Shown here: piece after piece, positions 37,864 through 48,511 of the stretch
Layout of the letters: the number at the start of each line of letters is the position of its first letter
Numbering within the stretch: position 1 is the first letter of the stretch
NCBI GenBank assembly: GCA_964636255.1
Contig: CAZWNW010000004.1
Span: forward strand, 114,076-178,075
Source of the DNA: an uncultured Bacteriovoracaceae bacterium
GTDB lineage: Bacteria > Bdellovibrionota > UBA2428
DNA length: 64,000 nt
Direction: 5' to 3'
The notes under the pieces: generated by a model
The model's input: the letters and a program-made list of their open reading frames with translations, nothing else
What the model was told of the DNA's origin: nothing
The model's database searches: none
Translations under genes and position numbers: made by a program

Positions 37864-38997
37864 ATGCCCCTTAGTCGTCTCTGCGCCCATTTTCGAAGGC
37901 TTTTCCTCAGTTTTGGCCTTTGGAGCCTTGCGGCCACAGCAAGTGAGGAACTTTGTCCTCTCTTTTTAGCGGTAGAACCGGGAGAGCGATTTGCCCGTGC
38001 AACGGAAACGCTCCTCAAACCTAAAAGCCCCGCATCACAAATCGATGCAGCTTGGGCGGACCTTTTGAGCATTCCCGACGCAAGCAAAATAGATCAGCGA
38101 GATTTCTTTCAGGATGCAGTTTTGGATTTCATCGTAGACCGTTATCCGCTTCTACCAAAAAGACTTTGGCCTAAGGCGCGCGCGGAGATTTTGCGATTTC
38201 GCCGTCCGGACGATTTAAAAACGCTTCGACTCACACTGCAGAGCTGTGCACGGCAGCCGCTCTATTGTGGCGAGGATTTCTACGCAGAAAGCTCCGCCTT
38301 ACTTACAAGTTGGGGACTGAAAGAGTCCTGGACGGAGATTTCGAATTCACAACAAGAGACCGAGGGACCCGTTGCACTATGGCAAGATCTAAAGTCCTTG
38401 GTTTCAAAGAATTTAGTTGCTGCCGCTGTTCAAAAAATTTCTGTGGATGAATCAAGCGATTCCAGCGCGACTTCCTTCCCCGTTGAAATCAAGGTTGAGA
38501 AAGTAAAACTAAATCCCCTAGATCGCGCCCGCATTCAACGGGAAGTCGCAGAGTCCCTCCGAAATGAACTTGGAAAAGATTGGTATCGACCGGTCACTTT
38601 CTTCCCGGGGCGCTTCGAAGAAAAGATTCGCCGCGCCACTCATTTGATCGTGCGCAGACGAAAATTGGTAGACGAAGATCCAATCCCCGCACTTTCCCAT
38701 GAAGCACCTTTTTATCAACTGCTCTATCACGCTTCTCACTGGGCCCGCCTTGAAACGAAGAACGGACGCCTTCCGCTCAGCTATCTCGCATTGATTCACG
38801 AGATTCTTATGGGTCTTTTCGACGAGCGCCATCCAGCCCCAATCAGAATTGAAGATTCTCTGAATGAAATTGCCTATGGCATTCAAGTTTACCTGGAGGC
38901 AGGCACGATTTCGCAACTTCTTGAACTCGGCATCAGCGAAGAAGTCCATGGCGGTCTACTGAAACTTTTTGGACCGGAACGATATTGGCCGGAATGA
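37864..38997 (+). CDS. Hypothetical protein with N-terminal signal-like segment
   Basis: ORF with a coding-like composition. No motif recognised. Confidence 0.45.
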   Translation: MPLSRLCAHFRRLFLSFGLWSLAATASEELCPLFLAVEPGERFARATETLLKPKSPASQIDAAWADLLSIPDASKIDQRDFFQDAVLDFIVDRYPLLPKRLWPKARAEILRFRRPDDLKTLRLTLQSCARQPLYCGEDFYAESSALLTSWGLKESWTEISNSQQETEGPVALWQDLKSLVSKNLVAAAVQKISVDESSDSSATSFPVEIKVEKVKLNPLDRARIQREVAESLRNELGKDWYRPVTFFPGRFEEKIRRATHLIVRRRKLVDEDPIPALSHEAPFYQLLYHASHWARLETKNGRLPLSYLALIHEILMGLFDERHPAPIRIEDSLNEIAYGIQVYLEAGTISQLLELGISEEVHGGLLKLFGPERYWPE

Positions 38998-39000
38998 AAA

Positions 39001-40461
39001 CTACACTAAACTTTTAGGCTTCGAGAGAATCGCTTCCGGGATTCCAGAACGCACCAGCCAAGGTGTGACTTTATTTTCCTCGCCACGCAGACAATAGACA
39101 TGTGTCATTTGCGAACTGCGCACATAATCGCTGCGAAGAAGCAAAGAAACAGACTCCATCGGTACGAGTTTTCCACGATCCTCTAAATAGACCGGAAAAT
39201 GACCACGCGGATTTTTGGTAAGAAAGGAAACACAGTCGCGCCACCAAAGCCGCGGCACTTCACCCGAACCTCGCTTGGAAGACTTCGCATTGGCGCTATT
39301 TTTCAAAGACGGATACCAGGCCGTCGTGCCCCGCGATCGCTCATAAGGCTTAATGAACTTATGAAAGGAGACCTGATCTTCTTTGCGAATCGTGAACAAG
39401 TGTTTGAGGGGCAGGCGATCGCGGATACAGGAAGCCCATTTAGAGGAACGATCTTCCAAAATTCGGCCCAGCAGCCATTCATCGCTCCAACTCAAATAGT
39501 CATCGAGCGAGGGATCGATGCTAAAATCTTGGGATTCTGCCAGTGCGTTTTCCAAAATGATGTCGAAACCCACCACTGTTTTGTGGGAATAAACCTGCAA
39601 GAACATGTGAAAACGAGAAATCAAAAAATCTTCAAATGCGTGAAGAGCTTTGCGTCGGATCGCAAGACACAACTGATTGCCTTTATCAGGATCCGGACGC
39701 CACACCATATTGTCCAGAAGCATTTCACGATCGAATTGTCCGTAGGGAACTCCCGTGTAGTGTGAATCCCGTAAGAGATAATCCATACGATCGGCATCCA
39801 CTTCGCCCGACACAATGGAACTCAGCACATCGCAGATATTCCATTTTCCCGAAGGACCAACCTTGGTCATTTCTTTGAATTCATCCGAAGGCTCGACCCA
39901 TTCCGACAAGAGGGCTGCAATGTCGCGGGCCTGAACATCCCCGATGCGTTCGTCGTCATCGGCCATCAGGGCCAGTACGCCAATGGAAAAATCCTCGTGC
40001 ATCGAACTTCCATCAAGAAGTTTTTTAGCCATGCGTGGTTTTAGCCAGTGGTTAGGAACAGGTCCATGTTCCAGATATTCACGTCGGGAAGGATGAATTG
40101 GCTTACCGGCCGCGGTGACGCCTTCGAGGCTGTGAGAAAAAGGACCATGTCCGGCATCGTGCAAGAGCGCAGTTAATCGAATCAATCTGCGAAAATAATC
40201 GATTTGATCGGGGGTGATCGAGCGAGGCCCAAAAGTTTTTTTAAAATCCAAAACCAACTTATCAAAGGCCAAGGAAGCGACGTGCATCGCCCCGATGCTA
40301 TGACTGAAACGATCATGCGTAGAACCTGCAAAAACCAGGTGAAGAAAAGCGGTTTGTTTGATGCGACGAAGGCGTTGAAAGAGCGGATGGTCGATGACAG
40401 CTCGTTCACTGCTAGACACGGGGATTGTATGATGGACGGGATCTCGTAGTAAGTGCTGCAC
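39001..40461 (-). CDS. dGTP triphosphohydrolase-like HD-domain phosphohydrolase (Dgt/SAMHD1 family)
   Basis: HD motifs H..HSIGAMHVA and LLHDAGHGPFSH. DRMDYLLRD motif. Confidence 0.8.
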   Translation of the reverse strand: MQHLLRDPVHHTIPVSSSERAVIDHPLFQRLRRIKQTAFLHLVFAGSTHDRFSHSIGAMHVASLAFDKLVLDFKKTFGPRSITPDQIDYFRRLIRLTALLHDAGHGPFSHSLEGVTAAGKPIHPSRREYLEHGPVPNHWLKPRMAKKLLDGSSMHEDFSIGVLALMADDDERIGDVQARDIAALLSEWVEPSDEFKEMTKVGPSGKWNICDVLSSIVSGEVDADRMDYLLRDSHYTGVPYGQFDREMLLDNMVWRPDPDKGNQLCLAIRRKALHAFEDFLISRFHMFLQVYSHKTVVGFDIILENALAESQDFSIDPSLDDYLSWSDEWLLGRILEDRSSKWASCIRDRLPLKHLFTIRKEDQVSFHKFIKPYERSRGTTAWYPSLKNSANAKSSKRGSGEVPRLWWRDCVSFLTKNPRGHFPVYLEDRGKLVPMESVSLLLRSDYVRSSQMTHVYCLRGEENKVTPWLVRSGIPEAILSKPKSLV

Positions 40462-40548
40462 CCTTCCCCTATCCTTTCACAGAAAACCGCGTAATTTCAT
40501 ATACTTGATGCCAAATTTTCGACAGAATCAAAGCTTAACCTAGAAACA

Positions 40549-40578
40549 TTGACATGAACGTAAGCGTTAATGTAATAC
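40549..40578 (+). promoter_or_regulatory. Putative sigma70-type promoter with long spacer and internal dyad (MerR-type architecture)
   Basis: TTGACA (40549-40554), 18-nt spacer containing AACG-N4-CGTT, then TAATAC. Lies 11 bp upstream of the MerR start. Confidence 0.4.
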
Positions 40579-40589
40579 TGATTCTAGCT

Positions 40590-41063
40590 ATGATTAGTAT
40601 CGGTGAGTTAGCAAAAAGAGCGAAGGTTTCCAATAGAACAGTTCGTTACTACGAGGAACTTGGGTTGATTGTGCCTCGAAATAGGGGCTCAAATCGTTAT
40701 CGTTATTACGATGACACCCATATTGAACGCCTACAACTAATTAAAATGCTTCAGGATTCTGGCTTCGCCCTAAAAGAAATTCTAGCTGCGCTGGTCCCCC
40801 CTTTGGATCCTAACGGCAAGGTAACTTATACGGGTCAGGAAATGGCCAAGTCGATTGGAATTGCCCTGGAAAACCAAAAGAAGCAACTTCTCTCGAAGAT
40901 CGAAGAAATTCAGCGAACAGTGACCGCAGTGGATCGCACGCTGGAAGAACTCCGCCATTGTTTCGGATGTAAACGTTCCCAGTCACTAGAGGAATGTTTC
41001 AATTGCGACCACGGACCTTCAGATGTGATTAGCGTTGCTCGCAAGGCACAGGTTGCGAGCTAA
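40590..41063 (+). CDS. MerR-family transcriptional regulator with C-terminal four-Cys cluster
   Basis: MISIGELAKRAKVSNRTVRYYEELGLI HTH. Coiled-coil. C-terminal CFGC-x11-CFNC. The track ORF starts at 40554 inside the promoter, so ATG 40590 is preferred. Confidence 0.75.
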   Translation: MISIGELAKRAKVSNRTVRYYEELGLIVPRNRGSNRYRYYDDTHIERLQLIKMLQDSGFALKEILAALVPPLDPNGKVTYTGQEMAKSIGIALENQKKQLLSKIEEIQRTVTAVDRTLEELRHCFGCKRSQSLEECFNCDHGPSDVISVARKAQVAS

Positions 41064-41069
41064 GGAAGT

Positions 41070-42296
41070 ATGATGAAGTTAAAAGGCCCAATTTATTTAG
41101 ACAACAATGCGACGACCGCCTGCGATCCCCGGGTGCTACAAAAGATGCTACCCTTTTTCACGCAGGAATTTGGCAATGCCGCCAGTCGCAACCATCCCTA
41201 TGGTTGGCATGCGGAAGAGGCCGTAGATCAAGCGCGTGAAAAAATTGCTCAACTGATCGGCGCTACTTCAAAAGAAATCATTTTCACCAGCGGCGCCACG
41301 GAATCCAACAATATTGCCATTCTGGGCGCAGCACAGATGTATAAATCAAAAGGCAATCATCTGATCACCTGCACCTCGGAACACAAGGCCGTTCTAGACC
41401 CCATGAAGCATCTCGAAGAATCAGGAGAATTCACGGTGACTTGGCTGCCCGTGGATCGCTATGGACAAATCAATCTTGAAGATCTGAAAAACGCGATTAC
41501 CGACAAGACTATTTTGATTTCCATCATGCACGGAAACAATGAGATCGGCACCCTGCAACCGATTCAGCAAATTGGAAAAATCGCAAAAGATCGCGGCGTG
41601 ATCTTTCACACGGATGCCACGCAAACGGTCGGGAAACTTCCGATCAATGTTGACGAAATGGGCATCGACCTCCTCTCACTTTCGGGCCACAAAATGTATG
41701 GGCCTAAAGGAGTCGGCGCACTTTATGTTCGACGCAAAAGTCCCCGCGTACGTCTGAGCCCCATCCATTTTGGCGGCGGTCACGAACGCGGTCTTCGATC
41801 GGGCACTTTGAATGTGCCCGCAATCGTGGGAATGGGCGAAGCTTGCGCCATCGCAGCTCAAGAAATGGTCGAGGAAAATCGCCGCCTTCTCCGTCTTCGA
41901 GAAAGACTGTGGAAGGGTCTGAGCGCTGAACTGGAAGACATCTACCTCAATGGACATCCCATTGAACGGCTTCCGGGAAATTTGAATGTCTCCTTCGCCT
42001 ATGTCGAAGGAGAATCGCTTTTGATGGGCATCAAGAATGTCGCGGTATCGAGCGGTAGTGCCTGCACCAGCGCAAGCTTGGAACCGAGCTATGTCTTGAA
42101 GGCCTTGGGTGTTGGCGAAGATTTGGCGCACACATCCATCCGCTTTGGTATTGGTCGTTTCACGACCGAAGAAGAAATTGATTTCGTGATCGAAGAGGTC
42201 GTCCGTGAAGTTAAACGCCTTCGCGAATTATCGCCTCTCTACGAAATGGTTAAAGAAGGTATCGATTTAAAAAGCGTCCAGTGGTCTGGACACTGA
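41070..42296 (+). CDS. iscS: Cysteine desulfurase IscS
   Basis: PLP lysine [10 protein letters not shown]. Active-site SSGSACTS. Confidence 0.9.
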   Translation: MMKLKGPIYLDNNATTACDPRVLQKMLPFFTQEFGNAASRNHPYGWHAEEAVDQAREKIAQLIGATSKEIIFTSGATESNNIAILGAAQMYKSKGNHLITCTSEHKAVLDPMKHLEESGEFTVTWLPVDRYGQINLEDLKNAITDKTILISIMHGNNEIGTLQPIQQIGKIAKDRGVIFHTDATQTVGKLPINVDEMGIDLLSLSGHKMYGPKGVGALYVRRKSPRVRLSPIHFGGGHERGLRSGTLNVPAIVGMGEACAIAAQEMVEENRRLLRLRERLWKGLSAELEDIYLNGHPIERLPGNLNVSFAYVEGESLLMGIKNVAVSSGSACTSASLEPSYVLKALGVGEDLAHTSIRFGIGRFTTEEEIDFVIEEVVREVKRLRELSPLYEMVKEGIDLKSVQWSGH

Positions 42297-42309
42297 GGGA
42301 GTAACGACT

Positions 42310-42705
42310 ATGTCTTACAGCAAAAAATTAATTGAACATTACGAAAACCCCCGCAACGTCGGCTCACTCGACAAAGGTGATGAAGATGTTGGAACCGGTA
42401 TTGTCGGCGCCCCGGAATGCGGCGATGTGATGAAACTTCAAATTCGGGTCGGTAAAAACGGCATGATTGAAGACGCTAAATTCAAAACATTCGGTTGCGG
42501 TTCTGCGATCGCATCCAGTTCCCTGGCCACCGAATGGCTCAAGGGCCGCAGTGTGGACGACGCATTGAAGATTAAAAATACGGAAATCGTCGAAGAACTT
42601 TCGCTGCCACCCGTAAAGATCCATTGTTCGGTTTTGGCTGAAGATGCCATCAAAGCCGCGATCCGTGATTATCAGAACAAGAAATCAACGAGGAAAGAGG
42701 CGTAA
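42310..42705 (+). CDS. iscU: Fe-S cluster scaffold IscU
   Basis: Cys ligands GAPECGD, FGCGSAIASS, HCSVLAEDAIKAAI. Confidence 0.9.
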   Translation: MSYSKKLIEHYENPRNVGSLDKGDEDVGTGIVGAPECGDVMKLQIRVGKNGMIEDAKFKTFGCGSAIASSSLATEWLKGRSVDDALKIKNTEIVEELSLPPVKIHCSVLAEDAIKAAIRDYQNKKSTRKEA

Positions 42706-42707
42706 AA

Positions 42708-43088
42708 ATGAGCTTAGCATCTGCATCGGCTCCGCAATCTCCGAATTCTTTTGTGCCAGGAACTCCGATTGAAATTACGGAAAAAGCTGCGGTTCAGGTG
42801 AAACAGATTCAAGAGCGTGAGAACCGTCCGAGCTCCTACCTTCGAGTTTCGGTTGTGGGTGGCGGCTGTTCGGGACTTTCCTATAAACTGAGTTTTGAGG
42901 ATCAACCCAAAGAAAAAGATCAGACAGTTGAAGCCTTCGGCGTGCGCGTCTTGGTTGATCCTAAAAGCCTTCTTTTTTTGAAGGGCATCGTTTTGGATTT
43001 CACGGATGGACTGGATGGACAAGGTTTCGTGTTCACCAATCCTAATGCCAAGCAGTCTTGTGGCTGCGGCTCCAGCTTTTCGGCATGA
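42708..43088 (+). CDS. iscA: Fe-S cluster insertion protein IscA/ErpA (HesB family)
   Basis: C-terminal CGCGSSF motif plus upstream Cys. Confidence 0.85.
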   Translation: MSLASASAPQSPNSFVPGTPIEITEKAAVQVKQIQERENRPSSYLRVSVVGGGCSGLSYKLSFEDQPKEKDQTVEAFGVRVLVDPKSLLFLKGIVLDFTDGLDGQGFVFTNPNAKQSCGCGSSFSA

Positions 43089-43091
43089 GCC

Positions 43092-43667
43092 ATGGCTGCC
43101 GATCCCTTTCGTTCCCTTGAACTCGGCCCCTTCCTACACCTGGATCCGAACACTGAAAAAAATTTACGCGCCCACGTGCTAAAACTTTCCAGAAATTTCC
43201 ATCCCGATCGGATCGTGAACGGCAGTGATGAGGCTCGGCAAGAAGCTGAATCTAAAAGCGCCGAGATCAATCAGAGCTGGAAACTCATTCAAGATGCCTG
43301 GCAACGCGTGGATTGGGTTTTAAAAACTGAAGTGGGGCCGCACAAAACACAAAGCCAGCAATCACTACCGGAACTTGCCATGGAGTATTTTTCTCTGCAG
43401 GAAGCCCTGGAAGAAAAGCCAGAGGCCGCTGACAAACTACGGGGGGGATTTGCAGTCGAATTAACAGAAAAACTCTCTTCTCTTGAATCAACGCGCGAAA
43501 AGATTACAAAAAGCTACAGCCTTGATTGGGAGAATCGGCGAGCTGCAAAATGGCCGCCCAGCGCAGAGGACCTCGAAAGACTCCTCGCACTTTATCAACA
43601 AAGAAACTATATCAAACGCATGTTGGAGAATCTAAGCTCCCCTATGCCCAAAGGACCTCTGTACTAA
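43092..43667 (+). CDS. hscB: Co-chaperone HscB (J-domain)
   Basis: J-domain HPD motif (FHPDR). Position between iscA and hscA. Confidence 0.75.
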   Translation: MAADPFRSLELGPFLHLDPNTEKNLRAHVLKLSRNFHPDRIVNGSDEARQEAESKSAEINQSWKLIQDAWQRVDWVLKTEVGPHKTQSQQSLPELAMEYFSLQEALEEKPEAADKLRGGFAVELTEKLSSLESTREKITKSYSLDWENRRAAKWPPSAEDLERLLALYQQRNYIKRMLENLSSPMPKGPLY

Positions 43668-45568
43668 TGCCTATTCAAATCGATTTGGGTCGCCCCAGTG
43701 AGGTCGCGGAAAAGAAGCCGACAAAAGATTTAGGGCCAATTGTCGGCATTGATCTAGGCACCACCAACTCTCTGGTTGCGGCTGTGATCGATGGCAAAGC
43801 CCAGGTTCTGCAAGACGCCGAGGGCGGCGCCCTGATCCCTTCCGTGCTCCTTTTGCGCGAGGATGGATCTATCGAAAATGTGGGAGTCGGCGCTCGAAAG
43901 CTGAAAGGGCTTGAAGCAAAACGTACCCTCTACAGTGTTAAACGTCTGATGGGACGCTCACTCACAGATCTTCAATCTGAGATTCAGAATATTCCCTTCG
44001 ACTTGATCGACAACGAAACACACTCCCAAGTTTCGATCAGTGTCGGCGATCGCAGCATTTCACCGATTGAGGTCAGTGCAGAGATTCTAAAAAAGCTGCG
44101 TGCGATTGCAGAAAGCGCACTGAATACTAGCGTCAGCAGAGCCGTGATTACGGTTCCAGCTTATTTTGATGATGCTCAACGAAGCGCGACCAAAGCCGCA
44201 GGACGTCTTGCCGGTCTTGAGGTCCTTCGAATTTTGAATGAGCCTACGGCTGCGGCACTGGCTTACGGATGGTCGAACGAGAATCCGGGCCGTGTTGCTG
44301 TATTTGACCTGGGCGGCGGAACTTTTGATATCTCGATTCTCAACATCGAGGAAAGCACCTATCAGGTACTATCGACCGCGGGCGATACCCGCCTTGGCGG
44401 TGATGATTTTGATGCTGCACTTGTTGATTGGGCCATGGATAAAATTAGTGGGCGCGCACCCCTTAGCTTCGACGGTGCGACCGAGGAAGCCGAAGCCCGC
44501 GCGCAACTTATGGTGCAGGCCGAAGACATCAAATTGCGGATCTACAAAGAAAAGAATCTTTCCTTCAAATCACGCGAAGTAGAGGTATTTCTTTCTCTTG
44601 AAGAAGCCGAACGCCTCTGGGAACCTCTCGTTGCCCGCAGTCTTAAACTTTGTTTCGAAGCGATCAACGACGCAGGTCTAAAAATTTCTGAGCTAGACGA
44701 CGTTTTGCTGGTGGGAGGCTCCACCCGGCTTCCGTTGGTGCAAAAACGTGTTGGGGAATTTTTTGGCAAAGTCCCCAATACAAAACTCAATCCTGATGAA
44801 GCCGTGGCCCTGGGCGCCGCACTTCAGGCTGAAATTCTAGCGGGCCGAGGCGAGGATCGCTTGTTGCTGGACGTGGTTCCATTAAGTCTTGGCCTAGAAA
44901 CCGTTGGCTCGACAGTTTCTAAACTCATTCATCGCAATTCGCCCATCCCAACCGAGGCCCAAGAAGTTTTCACGAACCACGCAGAAAAACAAACTGCCTT
45001 TGATTTTCACATTGTCCAGGGTGAGCGCGAACTTGTGCAAGACAACCGCTCACTGGCTCGCTTTCGCCTGCGGGGATTGGACCCGGCTCCAGCGGGATTC
45101 CACCGCATTGAAGTGAATTTTCGCATCGACGTGAATGGCATTTTGAATGTGCGCGCTCGAGATTTGCGTTCTGGAAAAAGTCAGGAAATCGAAGTTCGAC
45201 CCAGTTTTGGTCTTACAGACGACGAAATCCTTCGGATGATTGAAAGCTCCTTCGAGCATGCCGAAGCGGACATGAAAAACCGTCAGTGGATTGACCTCAA
45301 AATCGAAGCAGAAACTTTGATCCGAGCAACGGATTTAGCTCTGAAGAACATGGGGCACCGCCTATCGCAGACCGAAAAAGCCGAAGTTAAAGCCCGCCTC
45401 ATTGACCTCCGCAATGCGCTTTCTACGCGCAATGTTGAACAACTCAGACTGGCCATGGAAACCCTGGAGGCCACCGGTCACGATATGGCTGAACTCCAAC
45501 TCAACGAAGCCGTCGCCGACGCTCTACGGCACAAAAAAATCGACCTTGGCGACTCGCAAGACACTTGA
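43667..45568 (+). CDS. hscA: Fe-S cluster assembly chaperone HscA (Hsp70 family)
   Basis: Hsp70 signatures [32 protein letters not shown] overlaps the hscB stop (TAATG). The track ORF includes a 47-codon upstream extension. Confidence 0.9.
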   Translation: MPIQIDLGRPSEVAEKKPTKDLGPIVGIDLGTTNSLVAAVIDGKAQVLQDAEGGALIPSVLLLREDGSIENVGVGARKLKGLEAKRTLYSVKRLMGRSLTDLQSEIQNIPFDLIDNETHSQVSISVGDRSISPIEVSAEILKKLRAIAESALNTSVSRAVITVPAYFDDAQRSATKAAGRLAGLEVLRILNEPTAAALAYGWSNENPGRVAVFDLGGGTFDISILNIEESTYQVLSTAGDTRLGGDDFDAALVDWAMDKISGRAPLSFDGATEEAEARAQLMVQAEDIKLRIYKEKNLSFKSREVEVFLSLEEAERLWEPLVARSLKLCFEAINDAGLKISELDDVLLVGGSTRLPLVQKRVGEFFGKVPNTKLNPDEAVALGAALQAEILAGRGEDRLLLDVVPLSLGLETVGSTVSKLIHRNSPIPTEAQEVFTNHAEKQTAFDFHIVQGERELVQDNRSLARFRLRGLDPAPAGFHRIEVNFRIDVNGILNVRARDLRSGKSQEIEVRPSFGLTDDEILRMIESSFEHAEADMKNRQWIDLKIEAETLIRATDLALKNMGHRLSQTEKAEVKARLIDLRNALSTRNVEQLRLAMETLEATGHDMAELQLNEAVADALRHKKIDLGDSQDT

Positions 45569-45583
45569 TAAGCTCCACTACAA

Positions 45584-46189
45584 ATGAACGCTCAGCCATC
45601 GATGAGTTACGGCAACGACAACGTTCTGCTTTCCCGCATGGATCAGGTCGTCAATTGGGGACGAAAACATTCCCTTTGGCCTATGACCTTTGGTCTGGCC
45701 TGTTGTGCTATCGAGATGATGGCCACGGGTGCAGCCAATTATGATTTGGAGCGATTTGGCTGCGGGGTATTTCGCGCGACCCCTCGCCAATCAGACTTCA
45801 TGATTGTGGCGGGAACAGTAACTCTAAAAATGGCGACACGCGTGAAACTTCTCTACGATCAAATGCCTGATCCGAAGTGGGTCATTTCCATGGGCTCTTG
45901 CGCCAATAAGGGCGGCCCCTACTGGAAAGAAGGCTATCATGTCTTGAAGGGTGTTGACCGAGTTGTTCCTGTCGACGTTTATGTTCCGGGTTGCCCTCCG
46001 CGTCCTGAAGCTTTGATCGATGGACTCATCAAGCTTCAACAAAAAGTCGCTGTTGCTCGTCCGACCGTGGGCGATCATGCCGGACCCTTTGGAAAACGTG
46101 GTCGTCAAATTGGCGAAGCAAATGAAAAATTGGGCGTCGATGAACACGGCATGAGCTCTGATCCACAAGCCGAACAAGAGACCGCGTAG
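45584..46189 (+). CDS. nuoB: NADH-quinone oxidoreductase subunit B-like (NuoB/NQO6 family) protein, orphan copy
   Basis: [51 protein letters not shown]. The four Cys of the N2 cluster are present. Extra 45-aa C-terminal tail. Confidence 0.8.
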   Translation: MNAQPSMSYGNDNVLLSRMDQVVNWGRKHSLWPMTFGLACCAIEMMATGAANYDLERFGCGVFRATPRQSDFMIVAGTVTLKMATRVKLLYDQMPDPKWVISMGSCANKGGPYWKEGYHVLKGVDRVVPVDVYVPGCPPRPEALIDGLIKLQQKVAVARPTVGDHAGPFGKRGRQIGEANEKLGVDEHGMSSDPQAEQETA

Positions 46190-46198
46190 AATTTTGCG

Positions 46199-46705
46199 AT
46201 GGAAAAAGTTGAATCGATTTTTTGGGTCCCTGCGCCCATCGACGAAGTTTGGACTTTTTTTTCCAATCCTCGTAATTTAGCGGCGATCACGCCCAAGCAC
46301 CTCCATCTTGAAATTGAATCTGCTTCGGATATTCATGACGGCTCGACGGTGGTCATCAACCTTCGCCCTTTCCGCCTTCCCAAGACGATTCGTTGGTTAT
46401 CCAAAATCCACGATGTCGTATCTGTTGGAAATGAACGTATGTTCGTAGACATCCAAGCCGCCGGTCCCATGGCCCACTGGAAACACAGTCACTTTTTTTC
46501 GGCCGGCAGCACGCAGACAACAAACAGCGACGGGAAATCGGTCGAAATCGCAAATGGTGGGACGTGGATTCGGGACCTGGTCGAATGGAAAGTCCCCTTT
46601 GGCGCTTTAGGCACCTTGGTCGCCGGTAGCTTCAGTCGAAAGCAGATCAATGCCATGTTTGATCTGCGCCGCACCGAAGTCGAAAAAATTTTTAAATCGG
46701 AATAG
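46199..46705 (+). CDS. SRPBCC-superfamily (polyketide cyclase/START-like) protein
   Basis: 168 aa with a hydrophobic-pocket pattern. Weak call. Confidence 0.5.
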   Translation: MEKVESIFWVPAPIDEVWTFFSNPRNLAAITPKHLHLEIESASDIHDGSTVVINLRPFRLPKTIRWLSKIHDVVSVGNERMFVDIQAAGPMAHWKHSHFFSAGSTQTTNSDGKSVEIANGGTWIRDLVEWKVPFGALGTLVAGSFSRKQINAMFDLRRTEVEKIFKSE

Positions 46706-46713
46706 GCTTCACC

Positions 46714-47796
46714 TTAATTTTTTTGACTTAACTCTTGGTGAAAAAATTCGGCGGTCCGTTGAAAAGCCGGCTCGCGCACGGAATCACTCTCAAGCCATAA
46801 ATCGTGAAAGCGCCGAGGGATAAGAGTGATTTCACATTGTGCGGGCGACAATCGCATCAGCGCCTGCGATCGCTCGTGCACCACGATTGGATCACGGTGC
46901 GAGGAAAAAACCAGAATCGGCAGTTTTAAATCGCCTGTGAAATTCAGAATTTTTTTAGGTGCATTCAAGGCTTCTTCCACCCAGCCGATGCTCGGGTAAA
47001 GCGCTTGGCGTCCGGATCTTTCAAAGTGCAGCCGGCGCAAAAGCTCGCGTCGTCCCTGATTGCTGGAGTTTCTCTTTAAACGTTCCAGCTCCAAATCTTT
47101 GCGCGTTTTCTGAAAAGGCGCGACTTTATCGCGGTCTACGAAACTAAGAAGTTGCACCAGCGGGCCCGCCAAAAACTGCGGCACAGGCTCAGTTCGAATT
47201 TGAAGCATCGGAGAAGAGAGCACCAAGGCGGAAACCTTCAAAGCTTCCTTCTCTTCAATCAGGGCTCTGAGCGCAATTACAGAGCCGACTGAATGCGCAA
47301 GAATCCCCACGGAGTTATCCTGAAATTCACTGCGCCTCGAGAGCAGGTCTAAAAAGTGTCGAAAATCCTGAACATAGTCGTCGAAGCGATCGACCTTCTG
47401 CGCCTCTGGCGCAGGATCTCCTGAATCACGAGAAGCTCCTTGGCCATGGTGATCCATAATGGCAACCGAAAAACCACGGTGATAGAGATCAAAAATCAGC
47501 TCGGAATAAATCCATTGAGACTCCCCACGGCCCGGGGAAATCACGATGAGCTTTTTTGATTCCGGATGGCGGAAAGTCCGATACTGAATTTCTCGAGATT
47601 TCCCATCGCGATTGTAGAAATGCCCTGTGTGTCCCTTTTCAAAAAAACTCAGCATCCCATTTTGTAGCTGATGTGAAAGTGCTTTCTCTTCGACGGCCTT
47701 AGCTCGCGGTGAAACACAAAAAAGGCTCAGAATTGTCACAATCTTTTGCGGGGTGCAAAAGCCATAGCGAGGCATCCAAGCAAGACAATGAGGCAT
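46714..47796 (-). CDS. Alpha/beta-hydrolase (lysophospholipase/monoacylglycerol-lipase-like)
   Basis: Nucleophile elbow AHSVGS. HGxG-like HHGQG oxyanion region. Confidence 0.7.
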   Translation of the reverse strand: MPHCLAWMPRYGFCTPQKIVTILSLFCVSPRAKAVEEKALSHQLQNGMLSFFEKGHTGHFYNRDGKSREIQYRTFRHPESKKLIVISPGRGESQWIYSELIFDLYHRGFSVAIMDHHGQGASRDSGDPAPEAQKVDRFDDYVQDFRHFLDLLSRRSEFQDNSVGILAHSVGSVIALRALIEEKEALKVSALVLSSPMLQIRTEPVPQFLAGPLVQLLSFVDRDKVAPFQKTRKDLELERLKRNSSNQGRRELLRRLHFERSGRQALYPSIGWVEEALNAPKKILNFTGDLKLPILVFSSHRDPIVVHERSQALMRLSPAQCEITLIPRRFHDLWLESDSVREPAFQRTAEFFHQELSQKN

Positions 47797-47928
47797 TGGA
47801 AAGTTTTAACACGCAGCATCGAAAGTGGCCATATTGAATTTAACCTGCAATTGCCCGCATTTATGCCCGCTTTACGAGTCAGAGCTTTCGCGATATACAC
47901 TCAGCAGATTTAAGAGGGCATCACCTAC

Positions 47929-48018
47929 GGAGAGGTGGCCGAGTGGCTTAAGGCACACCCTTGCTAAGGGTGCGTAGGAGAAATCCTACCGTGGGTTCAA
48001 ATCCCACCCTCTCCGCCA
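47929..48018 (+). tRNA. tRNA-Ser (anticodon GCU)
   Basis: GGAGAGG acceptor stem. D-arm GCCGAGTGGCTTAAGGC. Anticodon loop TTGCTAA. Long variable arm. T-arm GGGTTCAAATCCCAC. Encoded CCA. Confidence 0.9.
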
Positions 48019-48047
48019 TTAGTTGCGGCCGCCGCAGGCGGGAACAA

Positions 48048-48067
48048 GAAGTGACCGACGTCACTTC
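48048..48067 (+). other. Perfect 8-bp-stem hairpin (GAAGTGAC-cgac-GTCACTTC) 30 nt after the tRNA
   Basis: Seen directly. No U-tract follows, so it is not a canonical intrinsic terminator. Confidence 0.5.
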
Positions 48068-48493
48068 TTGACGCTAACTAAGCCCGCTCGAATGCGTGAG
48101 CATTCGAAGGGTTTACTGCCGATGCAAGTTTTCCCGAGAAGCGAAATTGAGATAAGCGAAACGACCTCAATTTTGTCCCGCACGCGGACCAAGCTCTACC
48201 GTCGAAAATTAAATCAGCTCGGTCGATGGATCCAAAATTACTCGACCTGCTTTTTGGAGCGGCTTTGGAGTGGATCGACGGGCTTGCAAATTCTAGTTGG
48301 ACTCAGCCGTTCAAAATGCTCCTAAAAATCAAAGCCCCGACAATAACTTATGCTTGTACTCAGTGCGGTTTTCTTGAGTCCTATCTGAACAAGATTCCCG
48401 AATAACTAGACTTAAATTTTGGGCGTTCAAGTTTGAAGTTCTGGCCGTGGTCTCACACATAGTAAATTTATAAACACAATTTATTGATACTTC

Positions 48494-48511
48494 GACTTGA
48501 AAGTTCAAGTC
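48494..48511. promoter_or_regulatory. Perfect palindrome GACTTGAA-ag-TTCAAGTC immediately upstream of the 467-aa ORF; candidate operator
   Basis: Seen directly. A related half-site-like motif TTCAAGTTTGAAGTTC lies at 48426-48441. Confidence 0.4.

Noticed and set aside
48023-48325. 100-aa Arg-rich ORF right after tRNA-Ser(GCU)
   Set aside because: Spans the hairpin/palindrome region, has no RBS and biased Arg/Ser composition. More likely non-coding.
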